Assembly: GCA_963677925.2 (NCBI GenBank)
Contig: CAXXYH010000003.1
Location: forward strand, 736,001-800,000
From: Spirochaetia bacterium
Lineage (GTDB): Bacteria; Spirochaetota; Spirochaetia; UBA9216
Direction of reading: 5' to 3'
DNA length: 64,000 nucleotides
A program made the translations under genes and the position numbers. A model generated the notes under the pieces. The model saw only the letters and a list, made by a program, of their open reading frames with translations, made no database searches and was not told the origin of the DNA. Positions 19,794 through 30,130 of this stretch are shown piece after piece. Every line of letters starts with the position of its first letter. The first letter of the stretch is position 1.

Positions 19794-20645
19794 TTATTTA
19801 TAATTATGCCAGCCTTCACCCGACTTTCTTCCGAACTTACCTTCCGCAACAAGTTTCTTTACTGATTCAGGAGTTGCCCAACCGGTCACAGGAAGAGCTT
19901 CCATTGTTTCGCATACATGAGGGAAGGTATCCAGACCTGAAAGATCCATCATCTCGAAAGGGCCCAGTGGATGATTAAGTCCCATCTTAATTGCTGTATC
20001 GATATCTTCAATTGAAGCTACACCGTCTTCATAACAGTGGATAGCCTCAAGCATAAAAGCAAAAAGACATCTGTTTACAATAAAACCCGGAGTGTCGGTC
20101 TTACACTCAACCGGACTTTTTCCCATACCGAGGCCTACTTCCTTTACGGCTTCAACAGTTGCATCAGAAGTTTTATCGCCGCGAATAATCTCAACCAGCT
20201 TCATAGCTGTCACCGGAAAGAAAAAGTGCATACCGGCACCTCTTTCTGGGTTCTTCATATCCGACATAATGTCTGTAATCGACATCGAAGAAGTATTTGT
20301 ACACATAACTGCATCAGGACGGCAGATTTCGCCCAGTTCCTTAAATATGCTTTTCTTGATATCAAGTATTTCAACAGCTGCTTCGATGACCATGTCACAG
20401 TCTTTAAGATCAGCCATGTTTTCCGTGGTTGAGATATTTGCCATAGTTGCAGCAACATCTTCTGCCTTTGCCTTTCCGGCCGCAACTCTCTTATCAAGAC
20501 CGGCCTGCATCTTGGCAATTGCCTTGTCGCAGAACTCCTGCTTTATATCTCGAAGGATTACTGAATACCCCTTCGAAGCTGCTATCTGGGCAATCCCTGC
20601 GCCCATCTGTCCGGCGCCAAGAACACCGATTGTTTTAATTTCCAT
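19794..20645 (-). CDS. hbd: 3-hydroxyacyl-CoA dehydrogenase (Hbd family)
   Basis: GAGQMG, NTSS, GMHFF.P, PGFIVNR, G.FGRKSG.G. Confidence 0.85.
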   Translation of the reverse strand: MEIKTIGVLGAGQMGAGIAQIAASKGYSVILRDIKQEFCDKAIAKMQAGLDKRVAAGKAKAEDVAATMANISTTENMADLKDCDMVIEAAVEILDIKKSIFKELGEICRPDAVMCTNTSSMSITDIMSDMKNPERGAGMHFFFPVTAMKLVEIIRGDKTSDATVEAVKEVGLGMGKSPVECKTDTPGFIVNRCLFAFMLEAIHCYEDGVASIEDIDTAIKMGLNHPLGPFEMMDLSGLDTFPHVCETMEALPVTGWATPESVKKLVAEGKFGRKSGEGWHNYK

Positions 20646-20675
20646 CGTATTTCCTCCAAAAAATTACGAAATATT

Positions 20676-21518
20676 TTATGTGTAATCGTACCAGCCCTTC
20701 CCTGTCTTCTTACCGAGTCGTCCGGCTTTCACCAGTTCTTTTAGAGAACGCGGAGCTTTCCATTGCTGTCCGATTTCTTTTTCATAGTATTCAAGTCCGC
20801 TTAAGATCACATCAAGTCCAATAATATCAGCCAATGCAAAGGGGCCGATAGGAAGGTAGGTTGTAGTCATCGCCTTATCTATATCTTCTATTGATGCCAG
20901 ACCTTCTTCATGTGCTTTAAAAGCTTCAATAAAAAGCGGAGTGTATATCCTGTTTGCTATAAATCCGGGAGAGTCTTTTTTCACATCTACGCAGAGCTTT
21001 CCCATTCTTTCTGCAACTTCACGGCAGACAGCCATAGAAGCAGGACTTGTATAATATCCCTTTGTTATTTCTATGAGCTTTGAGGGAGGAAGAAAAAAAT
21101 GCATTCCGCAGACGGATTCAGGTCTTTTAGTGGCAGCTGCTATTGAAGTGATTGAATAAGTGGAAGTACTGGATGTAAGAACAACTGAGCCCTTGCAGAT
21201 TTCGTCCAGTTTTTTAAAAACTGAATTTTTTATATCCAGATTTTCGGCTACAACTTCTATTACAAAATCAACATCTTCATAGCCTTCGTAGCGGCTTGTA
21301 CAGCTGATCAGATTAAAGGCGGTATCAGCATCAGCTTTTGCAACTTTACCTTTTACCGACATTTTATCCAGTTGATCTCTTATATGCAGCATTGCCTTTT
21401 CAAGGCTATCATCCGAAATATCTTCAAGTATCACCGGATAGCCGGCAAGCGCAGCAGTGACCGCTATACCGCTGCCCATCTTTCCTGCACCGCAGATACC
21501 TATTTTTTCTACTGCCAC
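20676..21518 (-). CDS. 3-hydroxyacyl-CoA dehydrogenase paralog
   Basis: GAGKMG, GMHFF.P, PGFIANR, GRLGKKTGKG; GTG start. Confidence 0.85.
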   Translation of the reverse strand: MAVEKIGICGAGKMGSGIAVTAALAGYPVILEDISDDSLEKAMLHIRDQLDKMSVKGKVAKADADTAFNLISCTSRYEGYEDVDFVIEVVAENLDIKNSVFKKLDEICKGSVVLTSSTSTYSITSIAAATKRPESVCGMHFFLPPSKLIEITKGYYTSPASMAVCREVAERMGKLCVDVKKDSPGFIANRIYTPLFIEAFKAHEEGLASIEDIDKAMTTTYLPIGPFALADIIGLDVILSGLEYYEKEIGQQWKAPRSLKELVKAGRLGKKTGKGWYDYT

Positions 21519-21528
21519 CCTGCTGCTC

Positions 21529-22311
21529 CTAAACCCAGGCAGTCTGTCCGCCGTCTATAACGACATACTGTCCTGTCATATACTTTGATGCATCAGAGGC
21601 AAGAAAAACTGCGGCACCCTTTAAATCATCATCGGTTCCATATCTGCTTAAGGGAATCCTGGGAATCAGCATGTCTGCTTTAGCTTCAAGCAGTTTGTCA
21701 TTCAGACTTGTAGGGAACCATCCGGGGCAGATTGCATTAACGGTAATTCCATAACGTGCCCATTTAACAGCAAGATCCCTGGTCATATTAATTACCGCAC
21801 CTTTACTTGCTGTGTAGGGAACAGAGTCGACGCTCTCCGGAATATCTCCGCCCAGGCCCCCGATTGAAGCGATATTTATAATTTTACCGCTCCCCATTTT
21901 TTTCATTTCACGTGCAGCAATAGCCGACAGCTGAAAGGTTCCGTTTACATTAAGATTCATTACTTTCTGAAACTTGTCCATGGGAAAATCAAGAGAATCC
22001 GTTACCCAGCTTATTCCTGCATTGTTTACCAGGATGTCAATGCTGCCGAGTTCTCTGATTGCCGTATCCACAAGATTCTGGCAGTCGGTTTCAATACTGA
22101 CATCACAGGCAACAGGCAGGGCCTTTATGCCCAGTCCTTCAAGCCTTTCACAGAGCTCGATACATCTTTCAACTTTTCTTGCGGCGATAACAACATTTGC
22201 ACCAGCCTCAGCAAGTCCCTCTGCCATCTGGGCACCGAGACCTACTGAACCGCCGGTTATAACTGCATTCTTTCCGCTTAAATCAAACAACTGCTTTACA
22301 TTCAATTTCAT
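21529..22311 (-). CDS. Short-chain dehydrogenase/reductase (gluconate-5-dehydrogenase-like)
   Basis: TGGSVGLG, NNAG, YTASK, PGWF. Confidence 0.9.
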   Translation of the reverse strand: MKLNVKQLFDLSGKNAVITGGSVGLGAQMAEGLAEAGANVVIAARKVERCIELCERLEGLGIKALPVACDVSIETDCQNLVDTAIRELGSIDILVNNAGISWVTDSLDFPMDKFQKVMNLNVNGTFQLSAIAAREMKKMGSGKIINIASIGGLGGDIPESVDSVPYTASKGAVINMTRDLAVKWARYGITVNAICPGWFPTSLNDKLLEAKADMLIPRIPLSRYGTDDDLKGAAVFLASDASKYMTGQYVVIDGGQTAWV

Positions 22312-22320
22312 CTTCCGGAT

Positions 22321-23100
22321 TTATTTATTAGTAAAGTTCGGTTTTCTTTTCTCAACGAAGGCAGTCATACCTTCCTTCTGATCCGGACTTGTGAAAGCAA
22401 GCGCAAACTTATGCTGTTCATACTTACGACCGGTATCCAGATTATAATTGGCACCGAAATTAACAGCCTCCTTAGCAAGACCAAGAGCGTATTTTGGAGA
22501 CTTGCAGAGCATAGCTGCATATTCTTTAGCTGTATCAAGAACCTTGCCGTCCTCAACCATTTTAGTGATTAGTCCGATTTCAAGAGCCTTGGGAGCCTTA
22601 ACAGTTTTTCCTGTAAATATAAGCTCTTTAGCACGTGATGCACCGATAAGCTGAGCAAGTCTCTGGGTTCCGCCTGCTCCCGGAATTATTCCGAGAGTAA
22701 TTTCCGGCAATCCGAAAAAAGCGCCTTCACCGGCAATTCTGAAATCACAGCTGAGTGCAAGCTCACATCCGCCGCCGAGCGTTGGACCGTTGATGGCAGC
22801 GATTACAGGAATCGAGAGATTTTCAATTGTTGTAAAGTTGCTGTGCGCAAGTGAACAGTTATTGTAGGCTGCCTGGGCGTCGGCCTCAAGAAGTTCGGTA
22901 ACATCAGCTCCGGCAACGAACACCTTTGGGCTTCCGGTAATAATAAGAACACGGATACTCTCATCTTCTTTTATTTCTTCAAGAAGTTTCTCAATCTCAA
23001 GATTAGTCTCAGTGTTCATTGCATTATATGCTTTGGGACGGTTGATTGTAAGGATACCGATTCCGTCTTCAATGTTGTAAATAATATTCTTGAATTCCAT
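22321..23100 (-). CDS. crt: Enoyl-CoA hydratase (crotonase)
   Basis: FVAGAD, GGGCELAL, PEITLGIIPGAGG (both catalytic Glu present). Confidence 0.9.
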   Translation of the reverse strand: MEFKNIIYNIEDGIGILTINRPKAYNAMNTETNLEIEKLLEEIKEDESIRVLIITGSPKVFVAGADVTELLEADAQAAYNNCSLAHSNFTTIENLSIPVIAAINGPTLGGGCELALSCDFRIAGEGAFFGLPEITLGIIPGAGGTQRLAQLIGASRAKELIFTGKTVKAPKALEIGLITKMVEDGKVLDTAKEYAAMLCKSPKYALGLAKEAVNFGANYNLDTGRKYEQHKFALAFTSPDQKEGMTAFVEKRKPNFTNK

Positions 23101-24227
23101 TATACTGCACCTGATAATTTTGTTTTAAACTGATCAAAGCCCTTCCAGACCAGATCATATGTCATCACTTTAGGTTCATCGATTCCCTGCAGGACCCTTG
23201 CAGCACCGTTTGCCAGGGCTTCCATTTCAAACTCACCCGGGTATACTACAAAATCAGCAATAAAACCAACCTTCTCTTTCAGGATTTTTACCAGGTTTTC
23301 GTCATACACGATTCCCCCTGTAAGAACAATCCTGTCTACCCTGCCTTCAAGGACTGCAGCGAAAGATCCTATGGATTTTGCAATCTGATGAATCAGACCG
23401 TGATAAACCAGCTCGGCATACTTGTCGCCTTCGGCTATCATCGCTTTAACTTCACGTATATCACTCGTTCCAAGGTGGTTGACAACGCCCCCATCCTTTG
23501 TCAGTAAGGTCTTAAGTTCTTTATGACTGTACTTTCCGGAGAACGCAAGAGCCAGGATAGCACCGGTAGCCATAGTTCCAGCGCGGGTCGGAGACATTGG
23601 ACAGTCACCATTAAGTATGTCGGTACCGTCAACCATCTTCCCTTTCTTATGAGCAGCTACAGAAATACCGCCTCCGATATGGGCAATAACAAAATTGCAT
23701 TCTTCGTATTTCTTTCCAAGTGTTGCAGCTGCTCTGAGTCCGACTTCCTTGTGGCTTAGTGCATGGATACGGCTTTCACGGCAGATATCCGCAAGACCTG
23801 AGATCCTTGCCACTGGTTCAAACTCATCAACATCAGGCGGATTGACGATAAAAGCGCGTTTTCCATACTCTCTGGATAAAGCGTCAGAAATCAGAGGACC
23901 AAGAGTTGCCGGATGAAAATCATATTTCTTTGCGTTGGCAATTATCACATCGTTAATTTCATAGGTACCGCCTTCGCAGGATTGCTGTCCGCCGCCCCTT
24001 CCAACGAAACCATCAAATTCTTCCATAGCATAACCTTCATTCTTAAGAGCATCCATGATCATATCTTTACGATAGTCAAACTGATCAGAAATTTCCGCAA
24101 ACTCTTTCAGCTTTTCAGCATCATGAGTTATGTTCAGATCGAATACCTTATCTTCACCTTCAAAAACAGCAATCTTTGTCGAGGTTGACCCCGGATTGAT
24201 TGCCAGCAATTTTAATTTCTCCGCCAT
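23100..24227 (-). CDS. buk: Butyrate kinase
   Basis: INPGSTSTK, GRGG, HIGGGIS, TGG, PGE.EM.AL. Confidence 0.9.
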   Translation of the reverse strand: MAEKLKLLAINPGSTSTKIAVFEGEDKVFDLNITHDAEKLKEFAEISDQFDYRKDMIMDALKNEGYAMEEFDGFVGRGGGQQSCEGGTYEINDVIIANAKKYDFHPATLGPLISDALSREYGKRAFIVNPPDVDEFEPVARISGLADICRESRIHALSHKEVGLRAAATLGKKYEECNFVIAHIGGGISVAAHKKGKMVDGTDILNGDCPMSPTRAGTMATGAILALAFSGKYSHKELKTLLTKDGGVVNHLGTSDIREVKAMIAEGDKYAELVYHGLIHQIAKSIGSFAAVLEGRVDRIVLTGGIVYDENLVKILKEKVGFIADFVVYPGEFEMEALANGAARVLQGIDEPKVMTYDLVWKGFDQFKTKLSGAV

Positions 24228-24264
24228 TAATATACCGCCTGTAATTTATTTTGATTTGGTGCTG

Positions 24265-25167
24265 CTATACCTTCAGCGATGAAGCAAGCACAGCTGAGTA
24301 ATACTTTTCTTCAGTGCTTGATGCTCTTGAAGTAAGTATGATAGGAACCTTGGCTCCTACAATGAATCCTCCGGCCTTCGCACTGGCTGAAAAAGTAAGA
24401 CACTTAACTAAAGAGTTAGCGACAGCAATGTTATGACAAAGAAGCATGTCGGCATCTCCGGCAACCGGACTTTCGTATCCCTTGATTTCTGAAGATTCCT
24501 TATTAACAGCAAGATCATAGGAGATAGGACCTTCGATGTAACAGCCGGGTATTTCACCTGTGCCGTTAAGCTTTTTAAGTTCTCCGGCGTCAACGGATTC
24601 AGGCATCTTGGGATTAACACTGTCAACCGCAGCAAGAACCCCTACCTTGATATCATCGAAACCCATCCCCTTAAGTGCACCTACTGTGTTCTGAAGTATC
24701 TGTTTCTTCTTCTCGAGATCCGGATAGGTAACCATGGCCGCATCAGAGACACATATAAGTTTATGGTAAGTGGGGATTTCAAAAACAAGCATGTGCGACA
24801 TCAGACTGCCGGTTCTCAGATTGTTTTCTTCGCTGATGATGGCACGCATCAGATCAGCAGTCTGAATTTTACCCTTCATGATTGCATCAGCTTTTCCGGC
24901 ATGAACAAGTTCCACCATTTTCTTCAGTGTTTCAGCCTCATCAGCCGCCGGAACAATTTCATACTCGCAATAATCTCTGTAGGGTTTTACAAGCTCTTCA
25001 ATTTTATCCTTATCACCGATCAGCAGAGGTTTTGCTATTCCATCTCTTCCGGCCATCATAATGGCGTTAAGCGTATGGTCTTCATCAGCACATACTACGG
25101 CAATATTTTTCTTTACAGCATTTTTAATATTTTTATCGATTAATTCATCAAAATTCTTATAAACCAT
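24265..25167 (-). CDS. ptb: Phosphate butyryltransferase
   Basis: MKG..TA, DAAMVTYP, EGP.SYDLA, LTSRA; adjacent to buk. Confidence 0.88.
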   Translation of the reverse strand: MVYKNFDELIDKNIKNAVKKNIAVVCADEDHTLNAIMMAGRDGIAKPLLIGDKDKIEELVKPYRDYCEYEIVPAADEAETLKKMVELVHAGKADAIMKGKIQTADLMRAIISEENNLRTGSLMSHMLVFEIPTYHKLICVSDAAMVTYPDLEKKKQILQNTVGALKGMGFDDIKVGVLAAVDSVNPKMPESVDAGELKKLNGTGEIPGCYIEGPISYDLAVNKESSEIKGYESPVAGDADMLLCHNIAVANSLVKCLTFSASAKAGGFIVGAKVPIILTSRASSTEEKYYSAVLASSLKV

Positions 25168-25251
25168 TTCGCACCTGCTAATATAAACACAGCTGACAAT
25201 ATCCTTATTCCCGGGTACTCATCAGCTGTGCCTAATTTTTTGTTGGATTTA

Positions 25252-26418
25252 TTATCTTTCGATAACTACAGAAACACCCATACCGCCGCCGCAGCAGAAA
25301 GTAACAAGACCAGTGGAAAGGTCACGGCGTTTGAGCTCATATACCATCTTGGTGAGAAGAACTGCACCGGTTCCGGCAAGAGGATGACCAAGGGCAATTG
25401 CTCCGCCGTTAACATTCAGCTTGCTCATGTCAAAATCGATTTCCCTGAGAACTGCAAGTGACTGAGCAGCGAAAGCTTCATTCATCTCGATAAGGTCGAT
25501 GTCGCCGAGTGTCATTCCTGAGTTTTCAAGAAGTTTCTTTGTTGCGTAGTAAGGACCGATACCCATAATTCGGGGTTCAACACCTGCTGAAGCATATGCC
25601 TTCATGGTTCCGAGGATTTCAAGACCCATTGCCTTTGCCTTCTCTTTTTCCATTACTACAACAGCACCTGCACCGTCACTCATCGGTGAGCTGTTTCCTG
25701 CTGTTGTTACATAACCTTCACCTTTCTGAACGGTTCTGAGTTTCCCAAGAGATTCAACAGTTGAATCAGGACGTACACATTCATCTTTATCAACTATGTA
25801 GCTGCCCTTTCTTTCCTTAACCTCAACAGGAACTATCTGGCTGTCAAAGTGACCGGCTTTCTGAGCTGCATCAGCTCTTTTATGACTTTCTGCTGCGAAT
25901 GCATCACATTCTTCACGTGTAATTCCGTATTTCTCAGCGAGGTTGTCGGCAGTCTCAACCATTGAATCCTGTCCGTACTCTGCAGGACATGTAACAATGT
26001 TTGACCACTGCGGAGGCATGACCTGGTATGGAGCTGTAGGCTTGTCCATTGTATAGGTTCTTCGTGAATCACTTTCAACACCACCGGCTACCATTACATC
26101 AGCATAACCTGTCTGGATAGCCATTGTTGCATATGCAAAACCTGTCAAAGAGGCACCGCACTGTCTGTCAAGTGAAATACCGGGAACGCTCATAGGAAGA
26201 CCAGCCTGAAGAGCTACCATTCTACCCATGTTGTTTATATTGTGTCCCATAAGGTTACTGAAGATAACCTCATCAATTTCTTTCGGATCTACTCCGCTTC
26301 TCTTTACTGCTTCTCTACATGCAATTGCACCAAGTTCTTCAACCGGAACAGGTGCCAATACTCCGCGGCATCTTCCAACGGGAGTTCTTGCTGCTGCAAC
26401 TATTACTGCTTCTCTCAT
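25252..26418 (-). CDS. Second thiolase (acetyl-CoA C-acyltransferase, probably degradative)
   Basis: RQCGAS, GGVES, NEAFA, GHP, CCGGG. Confidence 0.9.
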   Translation of the reverse strand: MREAVIVAAARTPVGRCRGVLAPVPVEELGAIACREAVKRSGVDPKEIDEVIFSNLMGHNINNMGRMVALQAGLPMSVPGISLDRQCGASLTGFAYATMAIQTGYADVMVAGGVESDSRRTYTMDKPTAPYQVMPPQWSNIVTCPAEYGQDSMVETADNLAEKYGITREECDAFAAESHKRADAAQKAGHFDSQIVPVEVKERKGSYIVDKDECVRPDSTVESLGKLRTVQKGEGYVTTAGNSSPMSDGAGAVVVMEKEKAKAMGLEILGTMKAYASAGVEPRIMGIGPYYATKKLLENSGMTLGDIDLIEMNEAFAAQSLAVLREIDFDMSKLNVNGGAIALGHPLAGTGAVLLTKMVYELKRRDLSTGLVTFCCGGGMGVSVVIER

Positions 26419-26434
26419 ATTTTCTACTCCATTG

Positions 26435-27403
26435 TTATAGTTTTTTATGTAACCTTAAAATCTCAATCAGCATATCGTCACGATAGCGGGCAATTTCTTC
26501 GATTGTCCGGCCTTCTGAAGGAGATCTGTTTTCAATTTCTTTGAGCACGCCTTCTTCGGCGATATCCGGCCATTCTTCCGGTTCTGTTGTCCAGCGGGCC
26601 ATTTCTTCAAGCCTTGCTGCATTTGAATCATGCAGAGCAGACATAAGGCTTCTGATACCGCCGACTTTTCCTCCGCCCAGATGCAGGACAAGATTCGGTC
26701 CCATAATTGCCATACGCAGGCCGGGTCCGAATGTGAACGCTTTATCTACGTCCTCAACAGTACATACGCCGTTCATAACCAGATCTGTACATTCTCTGTG
26801 CAGAGCCGCCAGCAGTCTGTTGGCAATAAATCCTGAAACTTCTTTGTGAAGAATAACCGGCTCTTTACCCAGAAGCTTATAAAAGTCATACGCGCATTTA
26901 ACCGTTTGGTTGCTGGTCCGCTCACCCTTCACCACTTCTACTAGAGGAATCAGATGCGGCGGATTAAACGGATGACCGCCGACAACCCTTTCCGGATATT
27001 TCAATCCCTTCTGTATCTCGGTTATAAGAAGACCTGAAGTACTGCTTGCAATTATTGATTCTGGTGAAGTGTACTTCTCGACTTCGGACAGCATTTCTCG
27101 TTTTACTTCATACTTTTCAGGAAACTGTTCCTGAATGAACTGCACGTCTTCTACGGCTTCTTTTATATCTGTCGTGTACCTGACACGCGCCTCAATATCT
27201 GAAACATCAGCATCAGCAAGAATTTCCTTCTGAGCAAGAAAGCTCAGATTACTGTGTATAATTTCCCTTGCTTCCTCGAGCCTGGGTTTCCGCAAATTGA
27301 AAACACAGACATCGTATCCGCGCATTGCGAAATTAGTCGCAAAACTGGAACCCATAAGTACGGAACCAGTGCATGCAACCTTTTTAATATCAGTTGCATT
27401 CAT
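26435..27403 (-). CDS. Carnitine-dehydrogenase/lambda-crystallin-like 3-hydroxyacid dehydrogenase
   Basis: SSTSG, GGHPFNPPHLIPLVE, GFIANRL, GPGLR. Confidence 0.8.
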   Translation of the reverse strand: MNATDIKKVACTGSVLMGSSFATNFAMRGYDVCVFNLRKPRLEEAREIIHSNLSFLAQKEILADADVSDIEARVRYTTDIKEAVEDVQFIQEQFPEKYEVKREMLSEVEKYTSPESIIASSTSGLLITEIQKGLKYPERVVGGHPFNPPHLIPLVEVVKGERTSNQTVKCAYDFYKLLGKEPVILHKEVSGFIANRLLAALHRECTDLVMNGVCTVEDVDKAFTFGPGLRMAIMGPNLVLHLGGGKVGGIRSLMSALHDSNAARLEEMARWTTEPEEWPDIAEEGVLKEIENRSPSEGRTIEEIARYRDDMLIEILRLHKKL

Positions 27404-27529
27404 GAAATTTATTCCTGAATTCTATTGTTAATCAAAAAACAGCAAACCAGTCCCTTTTCTTAAAGACAAAGCGTGAACCGATATTGTTGTTTCATGTTGA
27501 GATTATTATATGTGATAGTTTTTTTGACG

Positions 27530-27569
27530 GCTACTTTCAATATTGTACTTTCAGCCTTCAAATTTATAT
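27530..27569 (-). promoter_or_regulatory. 40-nt shared promoter/operator motif (copy 1), upstream of the acyl-CoA operon
   Basis: 33/40 identical (by eye) to the reverse complement of 53866-53905; contains TACAAT on the minus strand. Confidence 0.65.
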
Positions 27570-27663
27570 GGCGGTATGTTTAAAAATAGTTATTAAGATT
27601 AATATTGTTGTGTTCAGTGTTATTCTGTTAACATTAAAAATATCAGATCAGAGAGGTATAAAA

Positions 27664-29703
27664 ATGATATCAAAACTTTATTCAAAGGCAAATATCGGAA
27701 AAGCAGAAATTAAAAACCGTATTATAATGACCGCTATGCATACCGCTCTGACTTCAGACGGATTTATTAATGATTCAGTAATGGAATATTTTAGACTACG
27801 GGCACGCGGCGGAGCAGGATTGATTATAGTCGGAGCGACAGGTATGGATCCGGTAAGAGTAAATACTCATAACATGGTTCAGCTGTATAATGATAAATTC
27901 ATACCCGGCATTTCTGAACTTTCATCAATGATTCATGATGAGGGAGCAAGCTGCTTTGTACAGCTTTACCATCCTGGAAGATACGGCCGCTCGGCTGAAT
28001 ATAACGGAGTTGCAGGTGTTGCTCCCTCAGCCGTACCCAGCAGATTCACAGGTGAAACCCCAACTGAATTGAGCACTGCAGAGGTGGAAGAAGTTATCAG
28101 CTGGTATGCTGCTTCAGCATCAAGAGCAAAAAAAGCCGGTTTTGACGGCATTGAAATAACTGCGGCTTCAGGCTACCTGCCGGCGCAGTTCCTTTCCGCT
28201 GTTACAAATCTAAGAGAAGACAGATTCGGCGGCGACCCGGAACAGCGGATGACTTTTGTACTGGAACTTGCAGAGGCCGTCAGAAAGGAAGTTGGGCCGA
28301 ACTTCCCCCTTATGTTCAGAGTAGGCGGAAATGACTTTATCCCTCACGGAAATGAAAATGGTGATGTGATTAAAGTATGCCGGGCACTCGAGAAAAAAGG
28401 TGTTGATGCATTTAACATGACCGGAGGCTGGCATGAAACCTCGGTTCCCCAGCTTACAATGGATCTGCCACACGGGACATTCGCATACCTCGGAAGAAGG
28501 ATTAAGGAAGCTGTATCAGTGCCTGTTTCTATATGCAACAGGATGAATCCGGAAACAGCAGAGAGACTGGTGGACGAAGGCGATGCTGATTTTATAGGAT
28601 TCGCGAGAAGCTTCCTCGCCGATCCTTATTTCCCGAAAAAAGCTCAATCAGGACACTATAATAAAATAAGACGATGCATAGGCTGCAACCAGGCCTGTAT
28701 GGATCATATTTTCTACGGCAAAAAAATCAACTGCGTGCTTAACTACGAAGCCGGCAGAGAATCTGTTTTTAGATCGAATGTCGAACTGAAAACTGACAAA
28801 GCCGCTGATGCAAAAGCCGAAAACATCCTGGTTATAGGTGCAGGAGCAGCAGGAATGGAATATGCCAGACTGGCGTCAGAGCAGGGACATTCGGTCACGA
28901 TCATTGAAAAGACCGGCAAGCCTGGAGGACAGCTTAATATCGCGGCAAAGACTCCGGGAAGACATGATTTCAGCTACTTTGCCAATTACCTGAATCAGGC
29001 CTGCATTGATAACGGTGTAGAGTTCAGGACCGGGATCGATGCAGATTCTGAATTTATTTTAAAAGCCGTAAAGGATGAAAGTTTTGATCGTGTAGTTATT
29101 GCCGCCGGAAAAAGCCCGGCATTATCTAAAATTAAAACAGATGAAAGTATTCCCGTCCTGCACTGCCTTGACCTTGATCAGAAACGTCCGCTTATAGGAA
29201 AAAATGTTGTTATAAACGGAGTTGACGGACAGGCAATCTGGACAGCCCTGACACTGGCACAGGCCGGTATCCTAAACGCCGAACAGCTGAAGTTTCTAAT
29301 CACATCACGGGCTGAAGATCCGGGGTGGCTTTATGAGCTGGCAACCTCAACATCAAGGAATATTACCCTTGTCGGAAAACAGCCGAAAGCCGGAGGCGAC
29401 ATAGGACCGAGCACGAGATGGTCGATACTTATGACACTTAAAAAAATCGGTATAAAAATAATGTGTTCAGCTGAGATCTCAGAGATATCCGCTGGCCGGG
29501 TTAAAATGCAGACAACTGAAGGTTTAGTTGAAATACCTGCCGATTCAGTTGTGGATGCCTCAGGCTTTGTAAAGAACGACAGTCTGTTTTCTGAACTTCA
29601 GGGAAGGATTGAAAAGCTTGAAATTATCGGGGATGCATCAGCTGCCGGGAATCTGGCAACAGCTGTTAAAACAGCATACACTGCCGCCTCTGAGCGGCAC
29701 TGA
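27664..29703 (+). CDS. fadH: 2,4-dienoyl-CoA-reductase-like flavo-Fe-S enzyme
   Basis: AMHT, GYL, GGWHE and CIGCNQAC motifs match the FadH family; likely start is the ATG at 27664 after GAGG. Confidence 0.75.
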   Translation: MISKLYSKANIGKAEIKNRIIMTAMHTALTSDGFINDSVMEYFRLRARGGAGLIIVGATGMDPVRVNTHNMVQLYNDKFIPGISELSSMIHDEGASCFVQLYHPGRYGRSAEYNGVAGVAPSAVPSRFTGETPTELSTAEVEEVISWYAASASRAKKAGFDGIEITAASGYLPAQFLSAVTNLREDRFGGDPEQRMTFVLELAEAVRKEVGPNFPLMFRVGGNDFIPHGNENGDVIKVCRALEKKGVDAFNMTGGWHETSVPQLTMDLPHGTFAYLGRRIKEAVSVPVSICNRMNPETAERLVDEGDADFIGFARSFLADPYFPKKAQSGHYNKIRRCIGCNQACMDHIFYGKKINCVLNYEAGRESVFRSNVELKTDKAADAKAENILVIGAGAAGMEYARLASEQGHSVTIIEKTGKPGGQLNIAAKTPGRHDFSYFANYLNQACIDNGVEFRTGIDADSEFILKAVKDESFDRVVIAAGKSPALSKIKTDESIPVLHCLDLDQKRPLIGKNVVINGVDGQAIWTALTLAQAGILNAEQLKFLITSRAEDPGWLYELATSTSRNITLVGKQPKAGGDIGPSTRWSILMTLKKIGIKIMCSAEISEISAGRVKMQTTEGLVEIPADSVVDASGFVKNDSLFSELQGRIEKLEIIGDASAAGNLATAVKTAYTAASERH

Positions 29704-29719
29704 TGAATAAGGAAGTTCT

Positions 29720-30130
29720 ATGCCGATAAAAAACGACCCGTACTTTCATGTAATGAAGGTATTTCTAAACCGTTGGAAACCGCTCATCATCAAAGCTATG
29801 GATTTTGATAAATCAACCAGATTCAACCGCTTTACCCGGCAGCTTCCTATTTCACACAAAGTGCTTACTGCCAATCTTAGGGAACTTGAGCAAGACGGAA
29901 TAATTGAACGTGTCGCTTTCCACGAAACTCCGCCCAGAGTTGAGTACAAGCTCACAGAAACCGGAATAACAATCATACCAATCCTTGAGACCCTGTATGA
30001 CTGGGGATGGAACGATATGAAAAGAAAGGGGCTTCAGATAGACCCCTTAGGGGAAATGTGGCATGGCTACCGAGAACCTGACATTTCGGCAATGGATGCA
30101 CCCTTTAAAAAGGATAAAAAGACAAAATAG
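29720..30130 (+). CDS. HxlR-family winged-helix regulator
   Basis: RW..LI, L...LRELE.DG, PPRVEY.LT..G. Confidence 0.9.
   Translation: MPIKNDPYFHVMKVFLNRWKPLIIKAMDFDKSTRFNRFTRQLPISHKVLTANLRELEQDGIIERVAFHETPPRVEYKLTETGITIIPILETLYDWGWNDMKRKGLQIDPLGEMWHGYREPDISAMDAPFKKDKKTK

Noticed and set aside
27484-27663. N-terminal extensions given by the ORF track (also 19720-19767, 30063-30230, 39156-39224, 39931-40005)
   Set aside because: They run through promoter DNA or neighbouring genes; downstream ATGs have SD sequences and family-typical N-termini
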